Positions 9,401 through 22,255 of a stretch of DNA of 64,000 bases are shown one piece after another (the stretch's first letter is position 1; the number at the start of each line of letters is the position of its first letter). The notes under the pieces were generated by a model, which made no database searches, was not told where the DNA came from, and worked only from the letters and a program-made list of their open reading frames with translations. Source of the DNA: Scenedesmus sp. PABB004 (lineage: Eukaryota); NCBI GenBank assembly GCA_014905635.1, contig JABVCE010000012.1, forward strand, positions 1,116,001-1,180,000, in the 5' to 3' direction. The position numbers and the translations under genes are program-made.

Positions 9401-9989
9401 GCAGTACGCGGATGACACCCAAGCCTACATTGAGGTGGGCCAGGTCCCCGCCTTCCTGGCGGCCATGGACGACTACGGCGCGGCGTCGGGCCAGCGCCTG
9501 AACCGCGCCAAGTCAAAGCTCTTGCTCCTCGGCAGCGCCGTCCAGGCGGAGTATGGCGAGCTGCGGCGGCAGCGGCGGGAGCTCCGGCGCGAGCTCGCCG
9601 CCGCGGCCCACGGCAACACGCGGGCGGCCGTGCGCCGCCGCCTCGACGCGGCCCGCGCGCGCATGGCGCTCCTGCAGCAGCCGCCGCCGCCGGCGGCGGA
9701 TCAGCCGCCGCCGGCGCCGGGCACGCCGCCGCAGAGTCAGGAGCTGGCGCGCCCGCCGGCGTGGCGCCGCACGCGGCGGCAGCGGCGGCGCCGGGAGCGC
9801 CGGCGGCTGCAGCAACAGCTTGAGGGCAGCGCCGCCGCGGCGGCCGCTGGGGGCGGCCTCTCGCCGCCGGAGCCCCGTGCTGGCGAAGGCAGGAGTGGCA
9901 GCGACAGCGACAGCGGCGGCAGCGCCTGCAGCGGCGGCACCACCAGCAGCAGCTGGAGCCACGGCAGCGGTCGCGGCGCGGTGCGGCGG

Positions 9990-10067
<78 letters not shown>

Positions 10068-11819
10068 CGGCAGGCGCCGCAGGAGCAGGAGCTCGGGCCG
10101 CTGCCGGCGGCCGAGCCAGCGCCGCCGCGGCCCGCGCCGCGGCGGCGCCCGACGCCGCGGCCGCGGGCGCCGCAGCCGCTGCCGATGCTTGCCATGGTGA
10201 GCTCGGCGCGGGTGCTCGGCGTCATCGTCGGCCGCTCGGAGCGGGCCGAGCGCGAGGCGTGGGACGACCGCATCGACCAGGTCACCGCGTCGACCTCACC
10301 GCCTTCGGGCGCGGGCTGGGCTCGGCCGCGTACGGCGTCAGCAAGGCGCTTTTCGCGGCGGAGTTCTCCGACCTACCGTCGCCGCAGCAGTGCGCGCGGC
10401 TGCAGGCGGCGGTCGCGCAGCTCGTGGACAGCGGCCAGGCGCCGGGGGCGCGGCCGCGCGCCTTTGCGGGCGTGCACGCGGCGCTGCTGGCGGGCTCCCC
10501 GGCGGCGGGCGGCTTTGGCGCCATGCCCTGGCTGGAGCACGTCCGGGCCCGGCATGCCTGGTGGGGCTCGCGCCTCGTCGCGGTCCGACCGGACACGCAG
10601 GTGCCCTGGATCCTGCTCGCTCGCAGCCACCTCTGGGCGGCGTGCCCCTGGTGGGGCCCGCTGGCGCTGCTGGACTGCGGCCCCGACCAGCGGCCTGTCG
10701 GCGATGGCTGGGGCCCGCGCGTGCTGGCGCCGCCGCCCCCGCTGCGGGGCATGATCGCTGGCCTGGCCGCGCTGGTGCCGGTCATCCAGCTCGAGCCCAC
10801 CCCTGCGGCTGGGCCCTGGTGCGCCGACGTGCCGGTCTTCGGCAACCCTCTGATCCGCGACGTGTACCCCTCGGGGCCGCGCGGCCTGCAGATCAGGCCG
10901 GTGCCGGAGGTCGGCGGCCGCCGCGCAGGCTACGCGCGCACGCTGGTGCGCTCGCTTGGCGACCTCGTGCGCGTGCAGCGCTGGGCGGCTGGCTGGCCGG
11001 AGGCGCTGGCCCACGACGCCAACGCGGAGCGGGCCGAGTGGGCCGACGTCCAGGCGCTGATGGCTGCGGTGCCTGCGGGGTGGGTGGAGGCGGCGCGCGC
11101 TGCGCCCCTGCCGCCGCTGCCCCCCCCCGCGGCACGCGCATGACCGGGCGGCGTCGACACGCAGCGGCGCGACAAGCACGTCGCGTTTGCGTGCCTGGCG
11201 CTGGGGCTGGCGCCGCCGGCACCGCGCGCGCTGCCCCCGGCCGCGCTGGCCGACCTGGACGGGACCGCCGTCGACGCCGCGCCTCCCCCGGGAGCTGGCC
11301 CTCACCGCGTCGGTCAGGGTCGCCCTGCGCAAGCTGTGGCGGCTGCGCTGGGACAACGCGGTGAAGGAGGTGTACTGGCGGCTCGCGCTCAACGGTCTCG
11401 CGACCGCTGAGCGCATGTCCCAGCCCGAGGCTGTCTGCCTCTGCGGCGTCGCCTGCCCCGGCCGCGCGCATCACTACTGGGAGTGTCCCATCGCGCAGGC
11501 AGTGGTGCGAGCCATGCTCGACTCGCTGCCCGCCGAGTGGTGCGCGCGCCCGGCCGATGGCGCGCCGCGCCTGCGCCGCGAGCACGTCTGGCTCACGTTC
11601 GCGCCGCCGCCGGCGGTGCGGCGCGCCGGCGCGCGGCGGCTGCACTCGGGCGTGTGGCGCGTGGTGTGCCTGGCCGCGCTCGCGGCCATGGACACCGGCC
11701 GGCGCGCCGCCCACCTCACGGCCCTCCAGGCAAAGAGGGAGGCGGGCGCGCGGGCGGCCGCGCGTGCCCGGCGTGCTGAGGCGGACGGCGTCGTTGCAAA
11801 CACACTTCAAGAGATGTGA
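6411..11819 (+). mobile_element. L1/Tx1-clade non-LTR retrotransposon ORF2 (APE endonuclease, reverse transcriptase, C-terminal Cys/His region), frameshifted
   Basis: APE: SHNVDGL, VLVQEV, SVYCPN, AGDWN, ARLDRAYV, SDHDP. RT: PGPDG, NYRPITLLNADYR, LDFQKAYD, GIRQGCPLSP, QYADD. C-terminal KEVYWRLALNGL...CLCG...HHYWECP. Frame breaks near 10285 and 11140-11190. No ORF1 seen. Confidence 0.93.
9993..10067 (+). repeat. (CAG)23-CAA-CAG microsatellite encoding polyQ inside LINE ORF2
   Basis: Read directly; in frame with the RT. Confidence 0.95.
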
Positions 11820-11928
11820 TCTCACAATAACTCACAACAACCCACCACTGCGCATGACAGCCGCCGCCGGAGATGGCACGCGGTCGGCCGCAGCCCCAGC
11901 CGGTGCCCCCGCGTCTCGCACACCGTCC

Positions 11929-14653
11929 TCACTCCGCCATGCCCGCACCCGCCGCCGCCGCAGCAGCAGCAGCAGCGAGCGTGCGGCACACCGGCTTGTG
12001 CGCGCGCCACGCGGCCGCCTGGCACGCGCGGCTGCAAAAGCGCGCGGGCGCGGCCGACTTGACACAGCCACTGCACACGCATGACCGGCCGCCCACCGCC
12101 ACCAGCTCGCTGCGCGCGCCGGCCAGCGCCGCGCAGCGCGGGTTGTTGCAGCACGCGCGCAGCGGCAGCGCGGCGCACACCGCGCCGCACAGCTCCTCAG
12201 CCTGCGCGGCCAGCACGGGGCCGCGCTCTTGCGCAGTGGCGAGCGCGGCGGCGTCTTCGGCCAGCGCGCCCTCCAGCTGCACGGCCAGCTCTGCCGCCGC
12301 CATGTGCAGGTGCTCCTGCTGCGCCAGCAGGCGCTCCAGGCCTGCGCGAGAGGGGTCTGCTGGCAGCGCCCCCAGCGCGCGCAGGCGCGCGCCCAGCAGC
12401 TCCGCCGCCTCGCGCAGACTCCTCAGCATGACTGCCGCGGCCGCCACCATCTCTCCAGGCATGTCAGCGCCGGCGGAGACGCTCGCGCCAGTCGTCGCAC
12501 GCGCCGCCAGCGCCTTGTCCAGCACCTGCGCCAGCACTGCCAGGCCGCGCGCCGCCAGCACCGCCCACAGCGCGGGCGGCTTGTACGCGAGCTGGCCGCC
12601 GGCGGCCGCCACGGCTGCCGGCTGCACGCGCGCCACGGCGTCGCCGATGGCGCAGCCGGTGCGCACCGCCGCCAGGCACCCGCTTGCCAGTGCCCGCAGG
12701 TTCACAAGCGGGTCGGCCTCGGCTGCTGCAAGCGGCGCGCCGGCCGCCGCGCACTTGAGGGCCGTGAGCAGGCAGGCGAACACCTCGCGCTGCAGCAGCA
12801 GGCCCGCGCCGCCGCCGGTCGTCGTCAGCGCCGGTGCGGCTGCCAGGCTGGGGCCGAGCCGGCTGATGGCCACGTACGCTGCCTGCGCTGTGCCCAGGGC
12901 GACCTGAGGCACCTCCCCGGCCGCCCAGCTCCTGAACGTGCCCTCAAGCAGCCGGCAGACGGTGGAGGGGTCCTGCCGCGCAAACGCCGCCAGCGCCGCG
13001 TCGGCTGCGGCGGCGGCAGGCGGCAGCGTGAGCAAGCGCAGACAGGCTGGGCCAGTGCGCTGCGGCAGCTGTCAAAGTGATCTGCCGCTGGCAGCAGCGC
13101 GCCACGCACCCTGGGGTCCGTTGCTCAGCAGCAGCAGCTCGGCGCAGCGCTGCAGGGTCTCCTGCGCAGTTTGGGCGTCAACCGACTGCGCCCACGCATC
13201 ACCCTGCCCCGCCGCCGCCTGGCCGCTGCCCGAGCTGCTGCCAGCGTCTGGCGCCAGCAGCGCGGCCGCAGTGGGCCTGGCGAGCGGCAGGAACGCGCGC
13301 ACCACCGCCGCCGCCGCCGCCGCCGCCTTGTCAGCGCCGTGCGCCCCAGTCCATGAGGCAGGGCGGAGGCAGTGCAGGACGGTGCCGGCGCACACCGCGC
13401 CGGCAGCCAGCAAGCAGGGCGCCGGCTGCAGCGCCGCCAGCTCCAGGGCCACCTCCGCTGCCGCGGCCGCCAGCCCCGCGCCGCCCGCCTGCGGCGAGCC
13501 GCTGCCGCCGCTGGCGCCGGCGCTGGCGCCGCCAGCTGTGCAGCTGGTCGGCGGCGAGACCTTGAACAGCAGCTGAACCGCGTAGATGCTGAACTCCACC
13601 TGCTCCGCATCGCTCTCGCCCTGGGGCACTGCAGAGGCGTCCAGCTCCAGCACACGCACCAGCGCGGCGTGCGCCGCCGGCACAGCAGGATCGCCAGGGC
13701 TGCCGCTGCTGCCGCCGCCGACGCCGCCGATGCCAGCCGGCCGACCGCGCTGCGCCTCGTGCAGGTGCGCCGCGTGCAGGGCGAGGTTGGCCAGCAGCAG
13801 CTGCTGCACCGCAGGGTCCGACAGCAGCGCCTGCCGCGCCTCTGCGCTCACGTGGCCGTGCTGGCAGGCCAGCACCAGGCTGAGCCGTCCAACAGGCTGC
13901 AGTGCGGGCCAATGAGTGGTTGCTGCCGGCCCCCGCACACCAGGTGCCGGCGCGGCGCAGCACGGCGAGTGCCAGGCGCGCGGCCGGCTGCGCCAGCGGC
14001 AGCAGCGGGCCCTCCAGCTGGCCGCGCGGCGGCCAGGCGTCGCCAACAGCACTGGCCACCAACAGCGGCGCTGCCACAACCACAGAGTGGCACAACACAT
14101 CATGAGCCACGTCCCTGTCCTGCTGCAGCAGCTGCTGCTGCTGGGCCTCCAGCTCCACGGCGACCGCAGTGCACGCCGCGACCAGCGGCGACAGCACGCC
14201 TGCGGTCGCGCCGCGGCAGCGACGTGGTCAGGGGTGGGCGCAGCAGCTGCCGGCGCGGACCGCCCGCAGCCGCCGCCGCTCACCCGCGCGCTCCACCTCG
14301 GCCGCCAGCTCCGCCGCGGGCGCGCCGAAGACTGCACGGATGCCGTAGCTCCGCGTCAGGACACATGACAGGGAAAACAGCGTGGAATCACATGCTTCAT
14401 TGGCTGCCAAACGCTGCGCCCGCAGCGCCAACGCGCGGGCGACGGCCTGCGCCAGCCGCGCCTGCACGCCGGTGGCCAGCAGCGCCCGCAGGTCGGCGCA
14501 GGGCGAGCCCCTGGCCTCGGCGTCCTCGACAAGGCCGATGAAGTAGGCGCGCAGCGGCTCCGCGGCGGCGGCCTCCGCCGCGAGCGCGTCGACGCTGCTC
14601 GCGCGCGCGCAGCGGCCCAGCAGGCCCGCCAGCGCCGCGGTTTCGGGACGCAT
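11929..14653 (-). CDS. Ala/Leu-rich protein with C-terminal MYND zinc finger; multi-exon or frameshifted
   Basis: CCNNPRC...CVCSGC...RFCSRACQAAAWRAHKPVC at the end of ORF 11929-13035. Coding-like segments in several frames extend to ATG 14653 (MRPETAALAGLL). Confidence 0.7.
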
Positions 14654-15110
14654 GCTGCGCGGATCGCGGCCCGGCGGTGCTGGCGAGGGAGGGCGGGGCC
14701 TGCGCGGCCGGGCGGGGCCGCGGCGGCACGGCGGCGCAGGCGCTGCTGCTGCCGCTGCCGCGTGGCGCACGGGCTGGGCTGGGCGGCGCGACCGCGGGCA
14801 GCGCGGGGCCGCGAGGCGCCGTCGCGGGGCGTGGGGCGGGCGCGCTGAAGGCGCGGCGCGAGCGGTTCAAGTTTACCCCGCCGAAACGGTCGTCCGGCCC
14901 CCCCGCCAGCCGCCCGCCGGCCTGGGCGCCGGCAGCGGCTGCGGTGGGCTGCCGGCGGCTGACGGCGGGTGCGGCACGGCCGCCACCGCGCGCGCCCCGG
15001 CGGCGGCGGCTGGCGGCGAGCGCGCTGCGCTCTCACCGCGCGCGCGCCGTCCGGTGAGCTAGGCGGCCTAGCTCACCGTGCCAGTGGCACCCCGCGGCCG
15101 GCGACGCTGC

Positions 15111-17119
15111 TCAGCCCGCGAGCTCGCCGCCCGCCTCGTAGCGCGGCGCCTCCTCAAAGCGCCACAGCCCGAGCGCGCGCGCGTGGCGGCGCAGCGCGGC
15201 GACCTCGTCCGCCGGCAGCGCCGCGTCGATGTCGGCGTAGCTGTCCCACCCGCGCGCGCGGCGCTCGCCGCGCCCGACCAGGTGCCGGGGCGCATACTGC
15301 TCCATCACGTGCACAAAGGTGTCCCTGCCGCGCAGGTGGGGGACGGGCGGCGGCGCCCGGTGATGTGTGTCTGGCGGCGCGGCCAGCGGCGCGTGCCGCG
15401 GCGCGGTGCGCGCGCGCGCGCACCTGCCCAGCTCCCGCGCCGCCCACTCCAGGATGGCGCGCGACTCGTGCGCGAGGCCGGGCATGGCGAGGTGGCGCAG
15501 CAGCAGGCCGCGCTTGGCGAGGCCGTCGGGCGAGAAGGCGAGGTCCCCCACCTGGCGGTGCATCTCCTTGATCGCCGACCGCGCCACGGCAGGGTAGTCG
15601 CGCGCCTTGGCCAGCCGCGCCGCAGAGTCGGGCGACCAGAACTGCGCGCGCGCGGCGCTCGTTTGCGGGGGCCGTGCAGGGCGCCGGCGCGCCGCGTAGC
15701 GTGCCGCATGCTGCGCACGCGTGCCGCGCGCTGGGCGCGCTGTGCGAGCTGGGCGGGCGCTGTCCGAGCTGGGCGCCCTGGGCGCGCGTGCTGCGCGTGC
15801 TGTGCGCGCTATGCTGTGCGCGGTGTGCTGTGCGTGCTGCGCGCTGCGCCCACCTTGAAGTCAGGCATGTAGATGTCCACCAGGCCCTCCATGAGCCGCA
15901 GTGAGGACAGGCCGTCGTAGGCGGAGGTGTTGTACACGATCGGCAGCGCCAGCCCGCGCTCCACCGCCGCCGCGATGGCCTCCACCAGCTGCGGCGGCGC
16001 GCGCGCGCGCGATGGTGCGGCTGCGGCGCTGCCCGGCGCGGCGCGGCGCGGCGCGCATGCAGCGCCCCACCTGCGGCGCCACGTGCTCGGGGGTCACCAG
16101 GTTGATGTTGTGGCAGCCGCCGAGGTCCTGCGGCGGGGGGCAAGGGCGGGCGGCGGCGTGTGCGCACGTAAGGGCAGCGCGCGGAGGGCAGGCCAGGCGC
16201 GGCCCCGGCCGGGGCGCGGGCCGGCGTCGCGCGCCTGCAGCTTGAGCATCCAGTCTGCCAGCTCCGCGCCGGTGAGCTCAAAGCCCGCGCGCTGCTGGCT
16301 GCGGGCCGGCGGCGGGGCGCGGGGCTTGGCGGGGCGCGGGCCAGGTGCTGTCCTCGCGCGCCAGGCGCAGCGGAGGCGGTGCGGGGGACGGCGGCGGGCG
16401 CTGGGCGCGCTGGGTGTGCTGCAGCGCAGCGCGCCTGATGTCATGGTTCTGGCAGAACACGCAGCGCAGGTTGCACATGCTGAAAAACACTGTGCCGCTG
16501 CCGCTCCAGCCCTGGGCAGCGGCGGCACGCGGTTGGCGAGCAGGGCGAGGGCGGGGCGTCGCGGCGCGGCGCGGCGGGCACGGGCACACGGCGGAGCACC
16601 TGCAGCGGCGTCTCCTCGGCAAAGTGCGGCGCCACGGTGGACACGAGCAGCTTGCGCCCCACGCCGCACATCCCGCGCTTGTCCTGCAGCCTGCCGGCGC
16701 GGGGGCGGCGGCACCCCGGCTCGGCCAGCGCGCGGGCGCGGCCCAGCCGGTGCGCGGGGCGCGGCCGCTGGCCGCGCGGCGCGGCGGGGCGGCGCTCACC
16801 GGTTGACGCCGCAGTCGCGCGGGCAGGCGCGGCAGTCGGCCAGCTCCGCCTCCGCCGCCGCGAGCTTGGCGGGCATGCGCCCGAGGCGGTGCGTGGTGAC
16901 GGCGGCGGGCGTAAAGTCGTCGCCGACGAGGAACGGCGGCGCCAGGTGGAGGCGCCGCGCGGTCTGCAGCTGGTGCGCCTGGTGCTGCTGGGCTGGCCAG
17001 CTGCACAGCGACTGCTCCGGCGCTCCGCAAGAGGCAGCAGCTCCAGCCCAGCCAGGCGACCTGGCAGCGCCCGCTGCAGCCAGCAGGCGCCCCACCAGGG
17101 CGTACGGCGCGCCGCGCAT
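15111..17119 (-). CDS. PflX-like radical SAM Fe-S protein, multi-exon
   Basis: CRACPRDCGVNR, GSGTVFFSMCNLRCVFCQNHDI (CxxxCxxC), GCHNINLVTPEH, PIVYNTSAYD, VDIYMPDFK, GLLLRHLAMPG. Confidence 0.88.
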
Positions 17120-17592
17120 CTCCAAGCCCTGCTGCTGCTGGCTGGGGCCCGGCGGCGACCGAGCTGCGCGCGGGCCGCCCTGGCGTTCAGAACCAGTAGC
17201 GGTGCGACCGACGGAGGGAGCTGCTCGGTGTGCAGCTGGCTGGCGGCGGTGCTGCGGGCGGCGGCGAGAGCGGCCGTGCACCGTGCGCGTCGGTGGCCGT
17301 GAAGGCTCGCGCGTCTGTTGGGAGAGAGCGTGCACGCGATCGTTGCGCTCGGCGTGGCGGGCGCAGCTGGGGGGCCGCGGCGATTCAGCGCCGCCCGCCG
17401 CCCGCGCGGCTGCCGCGGCGGGCGCCGCGGCGGGCGCGGCTCGCCGTTGCCCGGCAAGCCGCGCCGCAATCCACTCCTCTCTCGCTCGCCGCCCCATCAC
17501 CCACGCCACGCCGCGCTGCAGCCGGCGGCACGCCCGCGCCGCGCCGCGCCGCGCCGCGCCGCGCCGCCCCGCGCCGCGCCGCGCGTCCGCGC

Positions 17593-19125
17593 TCAGCCGT
17601 CGTCGCTGTCCTCCTCGCGCACGTCGTCGGCGCGGCCGGTCGCGAGCTGGCGCGCGATGACGCGGAAGATGAGGTAGGTCCAGTAGGCGTGGAGGAAGAA
17701 GAGGAGCATGAAGAGCGTGCCGAACACGCTGTAGTGCGGCTGCGGGTCGATGTCGTAGGGTATGGCCACGTACACGACCGGGTCGACGAGCATGCGGCAG
17801 ACCGCGACGTACGGGAACAGCACGCAGCGCAGCACGACCCAGGAGCCCGCGAAGCCCGCGAACCAGGCCGTCGCGGCGGCGTCGCGCTGCGCGTAGCGCG
17901 CGAGCTTGGCGGCCTCGAGGAAGATGTCGGAGGGGTCGTGGAGCAGCATCACGATCACGCCCGCGCGCGTAAAGTTGGTGTACCTGGCGGCGGCAGGCAC
18001 GCCGCGGCGGTGCGGGGGTGCGGATGTGCGGCGTGAGTGTGCGCGCGGCGCGGCCGAGGCGCGGCGGCGGGCTGGAGCCCGTGGGCGGGCGCGGGCGGGC
18101 CGCCGTGGTGTGCGCGCCGCGCGGGCCGCTGTGGTGTGCGCGCCGCGCGGGCGGGCGCGGCGCGCCGCGCGGGGGCGCTGGCAAAGGGGGGGAGGCTGCG
18201 GTTGGGGCGCACCATGAGTAGTACATGAGTCCGAGGGTGATGACGTGGTGCGCGAACGACTCGGCCCAGTCCTTGCGCCGCACCTCAACAAACATGAGGA
18301 ACGGGATCGCCTGCAGGCGCGGCGGCGGCGGCGGCGGCGCGCGCGCGGCGGCTGGGCCGCGCTCTCTGCCCCGCCCGCGCGCCGCCGCCTGCGCCGCCCG
18401 TGGGCCCGCTCAGTCTGCGTCGCAGCCCCAATCCCTCAGTCCCTCAGTCGCCCAGTCGCCCAGTCTCTCTGCGCCCCTCAGTCTCCCAGACTCTCTGCGC
18501 CCCCCAGACTCTCTGCGCCCCTCACCTGGAGGTAGAAGCCGATCTCAAGCAGGTAGAAGAGCCCGACCTTGAGCGGCACGTAGTAGTTGAGCGGGAACTT
18601 GGTCGCGCCGTCCCAGTAGCGCCGCGGGTCAAACAGCCACGGCTCGCCCGCCGCGACCGCGAGCGCGGCGGCGGAGAAGATGACGTACACGGTGAGCTTC
18701 CAGCACGACTCGTTCCACTTGACGAGCTTCGCGTCCAGCTGCTCCGGCGTGATCGCCGCGTCGCGGCGCTTCGCGAGCGCCTCGAACACCGCGACGCCGC
18801 GCGGCTGCGCGCGCGGCGCGGCGCGGTGCGGCGCGGGCGGCGCGGCGCGGCGCGGCGCGGGCGGCGCGGCGAGGTGAGCGCGGCGCGGGCGGCGCGGCGA
18901 GGTGGGCGCGGGCGCGGCGGGCGCCGCCCGGTGGGCGCGGCGCTGCGGCCGCGCCGCGCTCGCCTGGAACACCCAGCGCTTGAGCGCGAGGCGCAGCAGC
19001 GGGAAGGCCGCCGCGAACACCAGCGGCAGCGCCGCGACGTCGAGCATGCGGTTGCCGGTGATCCAGTCGCCGGGCACGCCGTGGTTCCAGTCGTACGCCG
19101 CCGCGGCGGCGCCGCCGCCGGCCAT
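17593..19125 (-). CDS. Ceramide synthase (LAG1/LOH family, TLC domain), multi-exon
   Basis: KWNESCWKLTVY, RRKDWAESFAHHVITLGL, LLHDPSDIFLEAAKL, LHAYWTYLI, DDVREEDSDD. Confidence 0.92.
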
Positions 19126-19691
19126 CGCGCCGCTGCCGGCGCCGCCGCTGGGCGCGCGCGGGGGGCGGTGGGGGGCCTGGCACGCGATCGGCAAGTACGA
19201 GAGCGGAGCTAGCTGGGGCGGCCGCCGCGCGGCGCGGGGGCGCGGGGCTGGGCGCTGGGAGGGGTGCGACCGAGTCTGCTGCTGCTGCCAGCGCCCGCCG
19301 CGCGTGCTTTGCTGCGGCCCGCAGCCGAGGAGCGCGTGCGTGGAGTGCGGGTGGAAGGACGGGTGCGGACAGGGGCAGGCCAGAGGCGCCTGGGGCGTGT
19401 GAGCGCGGGCACAAGCCAAAAACATGTGATGGGCGCGCGCGTGTAAGCTGCGGCGCCCTGCCGCGCCCTCCCAGGCGTGCTCGGCGCGGCAGCTGGGCAG
19501 CCACCGCACACGCGGGCCACGGCAGCCGCACGGGCGAGGGCGCGCTCGCAGCAGCAGGGCGCCCCGCAGCGCGCGCGCGAGCGCGTTCTGATCGCCAGCT
19601 GCGCTCGGAAGACGGACGTCCTTTGACACAGGAAGCAGCCGGTGGAGCGGCGTGAGGCCTAGCAGCAGCAGCGGCCGAGGAGCGCGGGCCG

Positions 19692-22212
19692 ATGTCCCAG
19701 GCGAGGCGATGGGCGCCCGCCACGCCCCCGCAGCGCGCCGCCCGGGCCCCGCAGCGCCGCCGTCGCCTGGGCCGGCGGCTGCCGCTCACGTCCGCGCGCC
19801 GCTCGCAGGCGCACGGCTCCTCCACGGAGGACTGGCGCCAGGCGCCCAGCCGGGGCGCGCAGTTCACCGGCCGCGCCGGCCCTGACGCCCGCCCCTACGG
19901 CCGCGGCGGCGGCGCCTTCCGCGGAGGCGCCACGCCGCAGGGCCGCGGCGACGCCGGCGGCGGCGGCAGCAGCGGCGGCGCGGCGCGGCGCTTTGAGGGC
20001 GGCAGCAGCGGCGGCGGCGCCGGCGCCGGCCGCGGCGCCGGCCCGCCTCCCGGCGGCGCCGGCGGCTATGGCCGCGGCGGCGGCGGCGAGCAGCGCGCCG
20101 CGCCGCGCCAGGCGGCGCCGGGCAGCGGCGCTGGCGCCGCGCCCGCGTCGCCCAAGGCCGGCGGCGGCGTGTCGTCGCCCAAGGCCAGCCCCTGGGGCGG
20201 CGGCGGCGGCGGCGCGCTCGCCTCGGCGCTGCGCGCAGGCAGCGCGTCGGGCGGCGACGCGCAGAGCCGCAGCACGCACGCCAACCTGCGCGCGCCGCCG
20301 CCCGTCAACCTGCAGCGCCAGGCGCAGGGGCCGCAGCCCGAGCAGGCGCGGCAGCAGTTCCTGACGCTGTCGCGCGCGGGCGCGGCCAAGGGCGCGGAGC
20401 AGCAGCAGCCCGGCACGCCGCCGGCGGGCGTGACGTCGCCGACCGCCGGAGCAGCGATGGCGGCCGGCGCGGCGGCGCCCCCACGGCCGGAGCGGGCAGG
20501 CAGAAGGCCGCGGCCGCGGCGCCAGAGGCGGCCCCGGAGGCAGCGCCGGTGGGCGGCAGGGGTGACGCGGACGGGCCGCTCTCGCCCAAGGCCGCCCAGC
20601 AGCCGGGCGCGCCCAAGCCGGCGCCGGCGCCAGCCAAGCCGGCGTGGGGCAAGCCTGCGCCCGCCGCCGCGGCACCCAGCCAGCCGCAGCAGCCGCAGCC
20701 GCAGCAGCCGCAGCCGCAGCCGCAGCAGCAGCTGCCGCAGCAGCCGCAGCAGCAGCATCAGCAGCAGCCGCAGCAGCAGCATCAGCAGCAGCCGCAGCAG
20801 CAGCAGCAGCGTGAGCCGCAGCCAGCGCCTGCGGCGGCGCCGGCGGCCAAGGCCAAGGCCTCGGCGCTCGCAGGCGCGGCCGCGCCTGCCGGCAGCGGCG
20901 CTGGCGGCAGCAGCAAGGTCGAGCCCAAGCAGGGCGTGGCACCGACGCCAGCAGCAGCGCTGGCGGCGTCGGCGGCATCGACCAAGGACGAGTGGGGCCC
21001 CGCGCCGGGCGGCGGCACGGGCGGCAGCGCGGCGGCGCCCAAGGGCGCGTGGGGCAAGCCGGGCGCGTGGGGCGCCGGCGGCGCCTCCCTGGCGGCGCGG
21101 CTGGCGGCGCAGCAGCCGCAGCCCAGCATCGCGCGCACCAGCAGCAACGCGAGCACCGCCAGCAGCACGGCCGGCGCGGCGGCGGCGGCGGCAGCGGCCA
21201 CCGCCGCGCTGGCAGGGCCGGCAGCCGGCAAGCACGCCTCGGCCACAGCGGCGGCGCCGTCGCCTGCGCCCGGCACGCCCAAGGCTGCTGCGGCGCCGTC
21301 GCCTGCGCCCGGCACGCCCAAGGCTGCTGCGGCGCCGTCGCCAGCGCCGGGCACGCCCAAGGCAGCCGCCGCGGCGCCGCAGGCAGCGCCGGGCACGCCC
21401 AAGGCAGCCGCCGCGGCGCCGCAGGCAGCGCCGGGCACGCCCAAGGCAGCCGCAGCGCAGCAGGCAGCGCCGGGCACGCCCAAGGCCGCCGCGGCGCCGT
21501 CGCCTGCGCCCAGCACGCCCAAGGCCGCCGCTGCAGCGGCGACTGGCGGGCTGGTGTTTGGGAGCATTGGCGCGGACGTGCTGCCAGTCGATGAAGCCAG
21601 CAGCAGCAGCAGCAGCAAGCCAGCCGCGCCGCCTGGCGCAGCGGCCCCGGCCCCACGCAGCACCGCCGCGGACGCGGCGGCGCCGGCGCCGGCACCGGCG
21701 GCAGAGAGCGCCGCGGCGCCCGGGTCGGAGGCGGGCAGCGCCGTCGAGAGCGTGGCGTCTGAGGCGGCCGCCGCGCCGACGGCGGGCTCGTGGGCGGCGT
21801 TGGCCGCCAAGGCCCCCGGCCAGCCCGCACAGCGCGCCCACGCGCCGCGCGGCGTGCCCGTGGGCGGGCCAGGCAACGTGCACGAGCCGCCCGGCAGCGG
21901 CGCCGCCGGCGGGCGGGGCTGGGGCCGCGGCGCCCACTTTGGCCTGCACAGCCGCGGCCGCGGCGACCGCCCACACGCTGGCAGCTACGGGCGCGGCGCG
22001 GGCATGGGCCGCGGCGCCCCCGCGTCGCCGGGGCGCGGCGGCGGCGGCCACGCGCCGCACGGCCCGGGCCGCGGCGGCCCCGGCGGGCGCGACGGCGGCG
22101 CGCGGTCGGACAGCAGCGCCGGCAGCGAGCGGCACGCGCGCCACCACTACACGCACAAGGCGCACGAGCGACCGGAGGACTTTCCGGCCGAGCCGGGGGC
22201 CACGGCCGACTC

Positions 22213-22255
<43 letters not shown>

